Origin: Cuniculiplasma divulgatum
GTDB taxonomy: Archaea; Thermoplasmatota; Thermoplasmata; Thermoplasmatales; Thermoplasmataceae
Length of the DNA stretch: 32,000 nucleotides
Assembly: GCF_900083515.1 (NCBI RefSeq)
Contig: NZ_LT671858.1
Span: forward strand, 480,001-512,000
Direction of reading: 5' to 3'
A program made the translations under genes and the position numbers. Below, piece by piece: positions 16,922-26,535 of this stretch; position 1 is the first letter of the stretch; the number at the start of each line of letters is the position of its first letter. Below the pieces are notes generated by a model. It was not told the origin of the DNA, did no database searches, and saw nothing but the letters and a program-made list of their open reading frames with translations.

Positions 16922-18793
16922 TTAACTTGTGGTCTCCTGTATGTGATGATTGATTGTAACAGCAACACCATCTTTGTACATTCTCATTTCCCGTCCGGAT
17001 ACCATTGCCCTGCCAACAGCAATAAGTGAGTCATCAGGATCCACAACAAGAACATCATTCAGTGGAATTATTCCCATGTCATTTTGTTCTACGAATTTGA
17101 AGAAAACACTTTTTCCCTGAGAATTATATGTTGCACTTTCCCTGGTGACCATCACTCTATTATTCATTCCTTTAGAAACCTCATGTAATTTAAGCCCTCC
17201 TTCAAAGGTGAGACCTATAAAGCCATCATGGGCTCTCATGGTTGCAAGTATACTATCATTCCTCGAAATAGTCCTGATCCTGCCTGTTGCTTTTGAAACT
17301 GTAATTTTGCAGTCATCTGGAAATATACTTTTACCATTTCCTTTTCCAAACTGGAAATCTGCAACTCTTCTAAGTTTTTCAAGGTTGAAATTTCTGACCT
17401 TTTCATAACCATTATCTCTCCTGAATAATGTTCCTTTAGTTTCTTTCTCATAACCCGAAATCACCTGTTCCACAGGATATATCTCTTCCATCTCCACAGG
17501 GATTTTCAATCCGTACCAGTTAATACAGAAATTCTCTTCTGATTTTTCATAAACATTCCTCACAAAATCCTGGCTTAGTCTCGCTGGTTTCCACTCCCTG
17601 GATGATAAGGTGCTGTAAGTACCCTTTTCAGGTTCAAGCTTCTTTAATCTAATCCCATAGGGTGACCTGTTAGTCTCTGTTCCAAAGTGGAAGAGTGGAC
17701 TCTTCCTGTAAAGTTCAAAGTAAGGTTCTATTCTTTTTGAGTGTGTCAGTATTCTTTTAAATGCGGAATATAACGAAGGATGTGATCTGGATTTAGATTC
17801 AATATATTGCCAGAGTGTGTTTTCTCTAATTCTTTCCCTTATTTCGGATAGTTCCTGGAAAATTGCAAATAAATTGTGTTCAGCAAGGATTGAATATCTT
17901 TCTTTTTCTTCAAGAGATTTTATTTCCTTTATCGTAAATCTTTCATTTAGTGGACTCCAGTAGGGAAGCTCTGTCACATCTGCCAGATATCTTGTGCCTT
18001 CGGTGTAAAGAAGTCTGTCATCCCTTGCATATTTAACGTAGGATGCCGAATCAAACATATCAACTCCAAGAAGTACTGCCATTCCCATGAACATAGGATG
18101 GCCACCTCCAAATAGGTGAACGGGCTTTGAGAAGTCACTTGCAAGTTTTGATTCAAGAATAATATCCACGAGGTTACTGTATTTGTACTGTTCCAGCAAC
18201 GGAACAACGCCACCTATGGGAAGATAACTTGCATCAGTATCTGACATTAGTTTTGCGCTTCTACGCCTCAAATCTCTATAAATAGACCCCTGGATAGGTC
18301 CAGAAATATTATGACTTTTTGCTATATCCTTTATCTCTTCGAATCTCTTGTGAGTTTCATCTACTGCCAGTCTGGCTTTTTCATGGGAATCGCTGGGCGT
18401 GGAAAATATATCTAGAATTGTGGAAATATCGCTCTTTATATCTATCTGAAATTCTACAGTATCTCTGTTTTCATATTCTACTCCACCATAAACATAACTC
18501 TGGAATGTTCCGGAATCGGTCATTATAGTTCCATCAAAGCCAATAAGGCTGTGAAGGCCGTTTTTAAGTGCCTCATCCTTCAGATCCTGGTTTCTTCTTA
18601 TAATATAACTATTTGTTATAATGGCCTGTGTTCCAAATTTCTTCATGGTATCTATTGGTATTGTACGCAAATTAGGATTGATCACAGGCATTATGTTTGG
18701 TGTATCAACATACCCATGGTCTGTCTTAAATCTACCTATTCTTGCAAGACCTTCTCTGTGAAGAATCTGCATTGTTAAGCTCTGTCCTGTCAT
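16922..18793 (-). CDS. tgtA: archaeosine tRNA-guanine transglycosylase (ArcTGT) with C-terminal PUA-type domain
   Basis: 623 aa. TGT TIM-barrel core (LARIGRFKTDHGYVDTPNIMPV, TDSGTFQ, LFGGGHP). A long archaeal C-terminal extension ends in a PUA-like segment (VLVVDPDDSLIAVGRAMVSG). Lies 14 nt downstream of ABCE1. Confidence 0.9.
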   Translation of the reverse strand: MTGQSLTMQILHREGLARIGRFKTDHGYVDTPNIMPVINPNLRTIPIDTMKKFGTQAIITNSYIIRRNQDLKDEALKNGLHSLIGFDGTIMTDSGTFQSYVYGGVEYENRDTVEFQIDIKSDISTILDIFSTPSDSHEKARLAVDETHKRFEEIKDIAKSHNISGPIQGSIYRDLRRRSAKLMSDTDASYLPIGGVVPLLEQYKYSNLVDIILESKLASDFSKPVHLFGGGHPMFMGMAVLLGVDMFDSASYVKYARDDRLLYTEGTRYLADVTELPYWSPLNERFTIKEIKSLEEKERYSILAEHNLFAIFQELSEIRERIRENTLWQYIESKSRSHPSLYSAFKRILTHSKRIEPYFELYRKSPLFHFGTETNRSPYGIRLKKLEPEKGTYSTLSSREWKPARLSQDFVRNVYEKSEENFCINWYGLKIPVEMEEIYPVEQVISGYEKETKGTLFRRDNGYEKVRNFNLEKLRRVADFQFGKGNGKSIFPDDCKITVSKATGRIRTISRNDSILATMRAHDGFIGLTFEGGLKLHEVSKGMNNRVMVTRESATYNSQGKSVFFKFVEQNDMGIIPLNDVLVVDPDDSLIAVGRAMVSGREMRMYKDGVAVTINHHIQETTS

Positions 18794-18807
18794 TTAACTG
18801 CCATTCA

Positions 18808-20577
18808 TCAGGAGTAATAATACTCTCCCGTAGAAACCTGCTCCCTATGCATGCTGCTTCCTGGTTTGTTAATCCTTGGTCTACCAGAATTATGGTCTCG
18901 CCTGAACGTTATGTTCACTTCCTTAAGGAACGTATTCATACCTTCCCTCATTGGCATTGGTCCTCTTGCTATTCCCTGCACCCCAGATTGTCCAAGGAAG
19001 ATCATCAGCTCGTCAGAAATAATGTCAATGAAATAAATATCATGGTCGACAACCATCCCTGTCTTCTTCCTGTTTTCCATTGTTCTCTTTATAATCTTGG
19101 CAACCTCCATCCTTGTTGAGCTATCAAGATTTGCAGATGGTTCATCCAGTAGATATAGATCAGCATCCTGTGCAAGAGTCATTGCGATTGAAAGTTTTTG
19201 CAGCTCCCCTCCAGATAGGCTACTCACCTCACTCTCCATTAGAGGATCTATACCAAGAGGTCTGAATAACTCATTTTTAACAAAATTATCACTCATTCTC
19301 TCCTTTAACGTTTTGAACAGAAGGTCTTCGCATGTTCCTTCAAAATCCGTTGAAATATACTGTGGCTTATATGCGACCTTCAGCTTTGGCTCGTAGGACC
19401 CTGAATTAGGAGTCATCACACCTGCCAGTATCTTTACAAAGGTTGATTTACCCAGAGCATTCCTTCCTAAAATTCCAGTAACAGTTCCTATTTCCATCTT
19501 CCCAGGCATTACTTTCAGTTTGAAATCTCCAAGATCAGCATCGATCTCACTCCAGTGAACTAGTTCCGGTGAAATGATCTTTCTGGTTGATGCTCTAGTT
19601 TCGAATACAATTTTTTCCTTTCTTATTCTGATGTTTTCCTCCTTCATGTAACCATCAAGAAACTGGTTAATTGCCTTATTTGGAGACTTCTGCTGTACAA
19701 TAACTCCATAGGCACCGGGAGAACCATATACAAGATGAATCTGATCACTTATCCAGTCAAGAATAGCGAGATCGTGCTCAACAACAAAAATAGTTTTCCC
19801 CTTTTCAGCAAGTTTTGTCAGAATTGAAGCAACACGTATCCTTTCTGAAATGTCCAGATATGAAGAAACTTCATCGACAAGCAGTATATCACCATCCTTT
19901 ATGAGTGCCATTCCAACTGCAAGTTTTTGTAATTCCCCTCCAGAAGCACTTTTTACGTCCTTATTCAGAGAATTTTCAAGGGAAAGCTCCGCTATTATAT
20001 CATCTGCCATTCCAAACTCATCGGCATTCTTGAGAATGCTTCCGATAGTTCCCTTAACAACCTTTGGAATCTGATCGACAAATTGACTTTTTAAAACAAC
20101 CTTTTTTGTTTTATCATATACATTCTGGAAATAATCACCAAGAATGCTGTTTGAGTATTTCTTCAGCACTTTTTCTTTTGACCCACCATTATCATAGTCA
20201 CCAAAATTTGGAATAAGCACTCCGCTCAGTATATTCATGGTGGTGGTCTTTCCCATTCCATTTGGTCCAAGGATTGCGGTTATCCCCTTCGATGGAACTG
20301 GAATAGAATAAATTCTAAACGAATTCTCTCCATATTGATGCACAATATCCTTATTCAGCTCATCCGGAACCGTAATAATTTTTATTGCTCCAAAGGGACA
20401 TCTATTAACACAGATACCACAGCCAATACATAGATCTTCAGTTATGAGTGGATAAACGGTCTCCTCCGGGAATGTAATTGTTCCTATCCCGGACCTGACA
20501 GGAGGACAATAAGATTGGCATTCGTGATTGCATTTTTTAGAATGGCATTTAGACTCATCTAAAACTGCTATATGCAT
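18808..20577 (-). CDS. abce1: ABCE1 / RNase L inhibitor-type ribosome recycling ATPase
   Basis: 589 aa. N-terminal Fe-S domain (CHSKKCNHECQSYCP; CIGCGICVNRCP). Two ABC cassettes: Walker A GPNGMGKTT and GRNALGKST, and signature SGGELQK twice. Confidence 0.95.
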   Translation of the reverse strand: MHIAVLDESKCHSKKCNHECQSYCPPVRSGIGTITFPEETVYPLITEDLCIGCGICVNRCPFGAIKIITVPDELNKDIVHQYGENSFRIYSIPVPSKGITAILGPNGMGKTTTMNILSGVLIPNFGDYDNGGSKEKVLKKYSNSILGDYFQNVYDKTKKVVLKSQFVDQIPKVVKGTIGSILKNADEFGMADDIIAELSLENSLNKDVKSASGGELQKLAVGMALIKDGDILLVDEVSSYLDISERIRVASILTKLAEKGKTIFVVEHDLAILDWISDQIHLVYGSPGAYGVIVQQKSPNKAINQFLDGYMKEENIRIRKEKIVFETRASTRKIISPELVHWSEIDADLGDFKLKVMPGKMEIGTVTGILGRNALGKSTFVKILAGVMTPNSGSYEPKLKVAYKPQYISTDFEGTCEDLLFKTLKERMSDNFVKNELFRPLGIDPLMESEVSSLSGGELQKLSIAMTLAQDADLYLLDEPSANLDSSTRMEVAKIIKRTMENRKKTGMVVDHDIYFIDIISDELMIFLGQSGVQGIARGPMPMREGMNTFLKEVNITFRRDHNSGRPRINKPGSSMHREQVSTGEYYYS

Positions 20578-20589
20578 TAAAAACCACTA

Positions 20590-21141
20590 TCAATTTACAG
20601 TCCAGTATTCGTCCGGTATTTCCTCGTAAACAGAAAATTGTTCTGAATTTCCAACATCATTCAAATCCAATTTCATGTTTGCAAGTTCAATTATTTTACT
20701 TACATTTAGGATCCAGTAATGAATTCTCCATTCCCTGCCATCAAACAGTGTGGTTTCCTCCCTCTCTGTCTGAAGAACTCCAATATCTTCCATTGTATAA
20801 AACGCATCCCTGTCTTCTGGTTCCAGCATGTTGTCAATAACTCTATCACTATACCCAAAAAAATTAATCAAATGCTCGGCCGCAGAAAAAGATTCCTCAA
20901 AACTCATCCTCCTGTTCTGAAGACTCAATCCTTTGCTAATGGCATTGGAAAGTTCACTAATATTGGTAAAATTTCGCTTCTTCTTTTCCTTATTATTAAT
21001 AATATTATCAACCATGTAATCGCTCCATTGAATGTAGATATAAGATATACTAAATCTACTAATAACCTTATTGTTACAAACTTGAATTAATTTTTCAAAG
21101 ATAATTTCATCATTTATTATGTGGAACTTTCTTTGAGTCAT
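20590..21141 (-). CDS. hypothetical protein, first gene of the ABCE1-tgtA string
   Basis: 183-codon ORF, 12 nt upstream of ABCE1 on the same strand. Acidic C-terminal half (EPEDRDAFYTMEDIGVLQTEREETTLFDGREWRIHYWILN). No family recognised. An internal Met at codon 43 is an alternative start. Confidence 0.55.
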   Translation of the reverse strand: MTQRKFHIINDEIIFEKLIQVCNNKVISRFSISYIYIQWSDYMVDNIINNKEKKKRNFTNISELSNAISKGLSLQNRRMSFEESFSAAEHLINFFGYSDRVIDNMLEPEDRDAFYTMEDIGVLQTEREETTLFDGREWRIHYWILNVSKIIELANMKLDLNDVGNSEQFSVYEEIPDEYWTVN

Positions 21142-21468
21142 TCCCTTTTTTTGTTATAGTGAAATTGGAATTGCTATAAAGGTAATATTCGAACCCTGAC
21201 ATTCAGGATTATGTTTGCAATTCAAGATTCTCTGTTAGAAGATAACTGGAATTAATTCATTCACTTCTATGGTACAAATCATTTAATCATCACATATGAT
21301 TATAAGAGCAGGAGTGACAAATTTAGCAGTATGTAATTCAGCCCACTTTGCCTCTAATTACGATGCAATTTCTGGTAGAAAAATTCTGAAACGAACAAAG
21401 AATGTCTGAATTGAATAAAATACTAGTATCATCTTAAGATTTAAAGCCAGAATTGTATACTTATCATA

Positions 21469-22497
21469 ATGGAGGATCAGGATATTGTTTTTTTCTATAA
21501 GAATGAGAAAAACAAAGATAATGAGAGTAATCCATGTTTTACATGTTATTCCAGGATAATTCCTGAGGGACTAAATTTCACCAAAGTAAAAATCGAAGAA
21601 GATATATATTTCCGGTTTCAAAAGTGCATGAGCAAATCTATGACGGAAGAAATCCTTAAACGAAATGGACTTGTAAATTTAAGTCACTTCATGTCTGAAG
21701 GGATGTTCAGAACTCAAAAAGTCTCTGTTCCGGATATTATGGCCATCCTTAACTTCACTCCCGATTCTTTTTTTACTGGCTCAAGGGTAATAAATAACAG
21801 CCAGATTGAGCGAGCCAGAGGTTCCGGATGTCAGTTTCTGGATATTGGCGCAGAAAGTACAAGGCCAGGGTCATTGGAGGTTCACAGTAATGAGGAAATT
21901 GAAAGACTGAAAAGTGCCTTTGAAATGCTAAAAGATACCAGCAATCAAAAAATTTCACTTGATTCACGGCACTATGAAACAGTCAGCACTTTCATAGACA
22001 GAATAGATGTTATAAATGACATCTCCGGATTGACAGATATAAGGCTTCCAGAACTGGCTCTAAAGGAAAAGAAATCCTATGTTTTGATGCACATTAGGGG
22101 AAATCCAACCAACATGAACAAAATGACAACCTATACTGATTTAAGGGGAGAAATGGCGAAGTTTTATTTCGAAAAACTGAGACAAATTAGCGAAATGGGT
22201 TTAGAACCGGAAAGAATAATCATAGACCCAGGTATTGGGTTTTCCAAAACTGGCGAACAAAATCTGGAAATCATAAAGAATCCAGAATCTTTTAACTTTG
22301 GATTCAGGCGTCTTTTTGGTCATTCCAGAAAATCGTTCCTCAGTATCTATTCAAAAAACAAAGCAGAGGATAGACTGCCAGAAACAATCGCAGTTTCAAT
22401 CTATCTGGCAGGAAAGGGAGTAGAGATTCTTAGAGTTCACGATCCGGTAGAAAATATCAATGCACTAAGGTACTTTCAGCTGTTTCTAACTCCTTAA
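21469..22497 (+). CDS. folP: dihydropteroate synthase with ~85-aa N-terminal extension
   Basis: Pterin-binding domain motifs in order: ILNFTPDSFF, DIGAESTRPG, SLDS, NDISG, LMHIRGNP, IIDPGIGFSKT, GHSRKSF, RVHD. The domain begins near residue 85-90 of the 342-aa ORF. Confidence 0.85.
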   Translation: MEDQDIVFFYKNEKNKDNESNPCFTCYSRIIPEGLNFTKVKIEEDIYFRFQKCMSKSMTEEILKRNGLVNLSHFMSEGMFRTQKVSVPDIMAILNFTPDSFFTGSRVINNSQIERARGSGCQFLDIGAESTRPGSLEVHSNEEIERLKSAFEMLKDTSNQKISLDSRHYETVSTFIDRIDVINDISGLTDIRLPELALKEKKSYVLMHIRGNPTNMNKMTTYTDLRGEMAKFYFEKLRQISEMGLEPERIIIDPGIGFSKTGEQNLEIIKNPESFNFGFRRLFGHSRKSFLSIYSKNKAEDRLPETIAVSIYLAGKGVEILRVHDPVENINALRYFQLFLTP

Positions 22498-22891
22498 GGC
22501 AATTTCTGCAGATCCCTCTTACGGTAACACTTGTTGAAATTATCTTTCCATCTACATTCTTTTCAATCTCGCTGAAATCACTTTCAACTTCATAATCGTA
22601 GATGTTTTTGCATCTTTCACAAATAAAGTTGATATGTGGATCAACCTTCCCCTCATAAATCGCTTTCCCGTTAGTCTCAAAACTATTTATTAAACCCTTT
22701 TCCACGAACATTTTTAATATGTTATAAACGGTTGCTGGCGGTATATTTGGATTTTCAACTGTAACATATTTATGAATGTCTTCAGCGCTGAAATGCTTGC
22801 CAGGATTCTCTCTGATATACTGTAATATTTTAGATCTCTGTGGTGTAACCTTTAACCCATTTTTCTTGATTTCATCCTCTAAACTGATCAA
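22457..22891 (-). CDS. Fur-family metal-responsive transcriptional regulator
   Basis: 144 aa. Winged-helix region LKVTPQRSKILQYI...HFSAEDIH...ATVYNILKMFVEKGLI. C-terminal CxxC pairs (CERC, CRNC). The 3' end overlaps the folP 3' end by 41 nt (convergent). Confidence 0.8.
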   Translation of the reverse strand: MISLEDEIKKNGLKVTPQRSKILQYIRENPGKHFSAEDIHKYVTVENPNIPPATVYNILKMFVEKGLINSFETNGKAIYEGKVDPHINFICERCKNIYDYEVESDFSEIEKNVDGKIISTSVTVRGICRNCLKELETAESTLVH

Positions 22892-22966
22892 ATCGCATCA
22901 AACTAAACATTTAAAAGCAGTATTTATGTCTAATTATTATAAACCATCTTTTGTTATCTGATAGGA

Positions 22967-24244
22967 ATGTCAAAGATCGAGAGACTGAGAGGATTCAAAG
23001 ATTATTACCCAGAAGATATGCAGAAAAGAGAGGAGATATTCTCAATCATGCGGAATGCTGCCAAAAGCTTCGGCTTTCTGCCCATTGACTATCCCTCATT
23101 GGAGATGCTTGAAATTTACAGGATAAAGTCTGGAGACGAACTGGTGGGACAAACATATAACTTTAAAGACAAATCCAACAGGGAAATCACATTAATACCA
23201 GAGGCAACACCTTCCACAATGAGAATGCTTGTGTCTAGAAAGGATCTTGTAAAACCTGTCAAATGGTACAATATACCAAAATTGTGGAGATATGAAGAGC
23301 CACAGTCGGGAAGAAACAGGGAACATTATCAGTTTAACGCAGATTACTTTGGGGAGACGGGAATAGAAATAGACGCAGAACTCATTGCACTTGCATGTGA
23401 GACACTGAATAGAATGGGCTTGAAAGGTATGTACGTTGTGAGAGTTAATCACCGAAAACTTATGGAAAAAATACTTTCAAAACTTGGGTGTGTAAACATT
23501 CAATCCTCAATATCCACCATTGATCATTTTAGAAAAGAATCAATAGAAACAATTGGAAATAAACTTCGAGATGATGGAGTAGTAGATGATAATCTCAATA
23601 GATTGCTCAATTTTCTTTCAAAATCCTATCCTGTGTCAGAAATTCAAAACTCAATAAAAGACCTCGGGCTCGACCTGTTAGAAGATGAGGACTTCCTCAG
23701 GATGATCTCAACAGTGGAGTTCCTATTTAAAAACGGTTATGAAGATATAGTATATGATCCTTCCACAGTTAGGGGGTTGTCGTATTACACCGGGATTGTA
23801 TTTGAAGGGTTTGATGTTGATGGAAAATTCAGATCAATTTTCGGTGGTGGAAGGTACGATAACTTATCTCAGCTATTTGAGGGGCAAGAAATTCCTGCAG
23901 TAGGATTTGGAATGGGAGATGCTGTACTTGAAAACCTGCTAAAAGAGAAGAATTTATGGAAGGTTGATAATGGGCATTCTTCATACTTCCTGGTCGGTAT
24001 GGGAAGAGAGGGAAAAAATAAAGCAGCAAACCTACTTTACAAATTGAGGAGGAATGGTAAAACCGCAGTAATGGAAAATTCAGAAAGGAATATTTCAAAC
24101 TCACTTAAGCATGCTTCATCAATGAATTTTACTCATGCAATTATAATAGGGGAAAAGGAATTGACTGAAAGATCATTAACCATCAAAAACCTCATAAACG
24201 GAGAACAAAAGAAAATAGGTGAAAATGAATTGGATGAATTGTAA
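22967..24244 (+). CDS. hisS: histidyl-tRNA synthetase
   Basis: 425 aa. RGFKDYYPED, WRYEEPQSGRNREHYQFN (class II motif 2 region), GGGRYDNL, and a C-terminal anticodon-binding domain. Confidence 0.9.
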   Translation: MSKIERLRGFKDYYPEDMQKREEIFSIMRNAAKSFGFLPIDYPSLEMLEIYRIKSGDELVGQTYNFKDKSNREITLIPEATPSTMRMLVSRKDLVKPVKWYNIPKLWRYEEPQSGRNREHYQFNADYFGETGIEIDAELIALACETLNRMGLKGMYVVRVNHRKLMEKILSKLGCVNIQSSISTIDHFRKESIETIGNKLRDDGVVDDNLNRLLNFLSKSYPVSEIQNSIKDLGLDLLEDEDFLRMISTVEFLFKNGYEDIVYDPSTVRGLSYYTGIVFEGFDVDGKFRSIFGGGRYDNLSQLFEGQEIPAVGFGMGDAVLENLLKEKNLWKVDNGHSSYFLVGMGREGKNKAANLLYKLRRNGKTAVMENSERNISNSLKHASSMNFTHAIIIGEKELTERSLTIKNLINGEQKKIGENELDEL

Positions 24245-24252
24245 CTGGCAAT

Positions 24253-24708
24253 TCAATCCATTATTATGTCATAGAAAAGTATAAAGAAAAAAGTGGATAT
24301 GTTACCAAGTTCTATCATTATGCTTTTTTTCTCTTCTTCAGAGAGATTATTCATAATAGAATATGCTAGGTTTCGGTCTTCATCCAAATCTCTTTCAAAT
24401 CTCTTTATGACCTTCCTTACAGTTTCCTTATCTGGAACCATAACACTTTCCTTTCTTTGAAGTGAACAAAAATAATAGTATTTAGCTATGTAGGGATCAT
24501 CAAATGGTAAACTCTGTCCATCAATGACCAGATTGGTTAATTCATCCTTCCTGTACATGAAGAGCTCTGTGCCAGTTATTATCTTTATCTCAATAGAATC
24601 AGCTGGTTCGTGTATATAGTCTTCTGGAAAATTTCTTTCCTTAACATTTTTAACAATTTCAGAAATATATTCGTCTTTAAATGACACTCTTCCGTAATAT
24701 TTAGGCAA
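24253..24708 (-). CDS. hypothetical protein with hydrophobic C-terminal tail
   Basis: 151-codon ORF starting at TTG; the first ATG is at codon 51. Convergent with hisS (8-nt gap). No motif recognised. The C-terminus ISTFFFILFYDIIM is hydrophobic. Confidence 0.45.
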   Translation of the reverse strand: MPKYYGRVSFKDEYISEIVKNVKERNFPEDYIHEPADSIEIKIITGTELFMYRKDELTNLVIDGQSLPFDDPYIAKYYYFCSLQRKESVMVPDKETVRKVIKRFERDLDEDRNLAYSIMNNLSEEEKKSIMIELGNISTFFFILFYDIIMD

Positions 24709-24860
24709 GATAAATTTTTTATCTCAAGTTTGAAAGTTAAGGCAGTTAGAATTAACGAATATAATCAATTTACTATCAAATTTTGACAAACCTTAATATA
24801 AATAGCTTTTAAAACTAAAAAATTTTATAAGTTAAGAAAAATTAGGGTAATAGTGAATCT

Positions 24861-25094
24861 ATGTCGGTAGCATTTGTACTTGTGAGTACGGTACCCGGAA
24901 AAGAGCATGAGGTTTACAACAAAATATCAAAGATTAATTATGTTGTAGAAGTCCATCCACTTTTTGGGGAATATGATCTGATAGTCAAAATTGACGCACT
25001 CGATTACAGTGAATTAGGAAAGATTGTTGTGGAGCAGATAAGGAAAATCGAAGGGGTTATAGATACAAAAACCCTTACGGGACTAAAGTTGTGA
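24861..25094 (+). CDS. stand-alone Lrp/AsnC ligand-binding (RAM) domain protein
   Basis: 77 aa, with no HTH. The beta-alpha-beta-beta-alpha-beta pattern AFVLVSTVPGKEHEVYNKISKINYVVEVHPLFGEYDLIVKI...IEGVIDTKTL is typical of AsnC-type RAM domains. TATA-like TTTTATAA (24823-24830) lies upstream. Confidence 0.75.
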   Translation: MSVAFVLVSTVPGKEHEVYNKISKINYVVEVHPLFGEYDLIVKIDALDYSELGKIVVEQIRKIEGVIDTKTLTGLKL

Positions 25095-25099
25095 TATAA

Positions 25100-25429
25100 A
25101 TGTCTGTAGTGGCAAAAACTTTACCGTGGTATCCCAGTTGGAATCTTGACATTTTTTTCCTTACGATAATAGGGATTATAGCATTGGCACTTTTAATTTT
25201 TGGAATACTAACTGCCTATTTTGGAAAGGGAAAGGCGAGAGCAGCTGGAGGAGGAATGATAGCAGGAGCCGTTGTTATAGGTTTCTTAACTTATTATCTA
25301 TCAGACTTTACATTCCACGTGAGTCTCGTTGATGATATAATTCTGGGTGCAGTATTTTATTTAGTTGCAGCCATAATAGGTGTAGTTATAGGATTACTTA
25401 TATTCCTAGCCGCAATCATGAAAACCTGA
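25100..25429 (+). CDS. small membrane protein (about 3 TM helices), uncharacterised
   Basis: 109 aa, Gly/Ala/Ile-rich hydrophobic segments. 5 nt after the RAM-domain gene and 4 nt before guaA subunit B. Confidence 0.55.
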   Translation: MSVVAKTLPWYPSWNLDIFFLTIIGIIALALLIFGILTAYFGKGKARAAGGGMIAGAVVIGFLTYYLSDFTFHVSLVDDIILGAVFYLVAAIIGVVIGLLIFLAAIMKT

Positions 25430-25433
25430 TTTC

Positions 25434-26363
25434 ATGACCTCAAAATTATTAAACGAGATTGTTGAAAAAATTAGAAAAGAACTGAAGGGTAAAGGTATAC
25501 TTGCCTGCTCAGGGGGAACTGATAGTTCTGTTCTCGCTGTGGCCTCGAAACTGGCCGTAGGCGATCAAATTTTATCTATTTTTGTCGATACTGGTCTAAT
25601 CCGGGAAGGAGAGAGGGAGAGGGTGGAGCTATTTTTTAAAAAATTTGGGATCAATTATAAGATTCTGGACGAATCTAAACTCTTCTTTGAGAAATTAAAA
25701 GGTATAGTAGATCCGGAGACAAAGAGAAAAGTAATTGGCCAGACCTTTATAGAACTATTCGAAAGAGAGGCTAAACTCTCAGAAGCAGAATTTCTTTTGC
25801 AGGGCACCATTGCCCCTGATTGGATAGAAAGTGGTGGTAAAAACAGAGATACCATTAAAAGTCATCACAATGTTGGTGGACTGCCAGAAAAAATGAATTT
25901 GAAACTTATAGAGCCGCTGAGAGATCTTTATAAGGATGATGTACGAGAACTCAGCGAGGAACTTGGTCTTAATACCAGTCTACAGCCCTTTCCCGGACCA
26001 GGACTGGCAGTCAGGGTAATCGGTGAAATAACAGGGGAAAAGGTTGAGATATTGAAAAAGGTAACCAGAATAGTAGAGGAGGAAATTGAAAGCTCAATGA
26101 AACCTGAAAACAGACCATGGCAATATTTTGCCGTCATCTTGCCAGTAAGGACGACTGGGGTGCATGGAGACAAAAGGTCCTATGGTAATACTGTAGCGAT
26201 CAGGGCAATTGATTCAACAGATGCAATGACTGGAACATTTCACAAGTTTGAATGGGATTTTCTTGAGGAATTATCCACCAAAATCACAAATGAAGTACCA
26301 TCAGTAAATAGAGTTGTGCTTGATATCACCGATAAACCTCCAGCAACCATTGAATGGGAATAA
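25434..26363 (+). CDS. guaA: GMP synthase subunit B (ATP pyrophosphatase subunit)
   Basis: 309 aa. PP-loop SGGTDSS, then [19 protein letters not shown] and [11 protein letters not shown]-terminal dimerisation domain ends PPATIEWE. No glutamine amidotransferase domain, so this is the split archaeal form. Confidence 0.9.
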   Translation: MTSKLLNEIVEKIRKELKGKGILACSGGTDSSVLAVASKLAVGDQILSIFVDTGLIREGERERVELFFKKFGINYKILDESKLFFEKLKGIVDPETKRKVIGQTFIELFEREAKLSEAEFLLQGTIAPDWIESGGKNRDTIKSHHNVGGLPEKMNLKLIEPLRDLYKDDVRELSEELGLNTSLQPFPGPGLAVRVIGEITGEKVEILKKVTRIVEEEIESSMKPENRPWQYFAVILPVRTTGVHGDKRSYGNTVAIRAIDSTDAMTGTFHKFEWDFLEELSTKITNEVPSVNRVVLDITDKPPATIEWE

Positions 26364-26535
26364 TTATTTTTTAAAGACTTTTTAAAGCATTATAATAAGG
26401 ATTACCTATAAAAAAAGACTATTTACAAAAGCGATCTACTGGAAAGACCATGTTAAAATCTAATAATCTTCAGTAATTATACGTAAACCCATATATAGGT
26501 TAAAGAGATAAACCCAAATCTTGACACCTAAAGAG

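Noticed and set aside
18742-19119. 125-aa plus-strand ORF overlapping the tgtA/ABCE1 junction, plus similar antisense ORFs inside ABCE1 (19097..19396, 19850..20074) and inside the 183-aa gene (20719..21090)
   Set aside because: These are shadow ORFs opposite strongly motif-supported genes, and their compositions are typical of antisense frames.
21187-21196. tRNA T-loop-like string (minus strand GGGTTCGAAT), a possible tRNA or tRNA-fragment att site
   Set aside because: The flanks cannot form a T-stem or an acceptor stem (CAGGG TTCGAAT ATTAC). It is an isolated 10-mer, plausibly chance.
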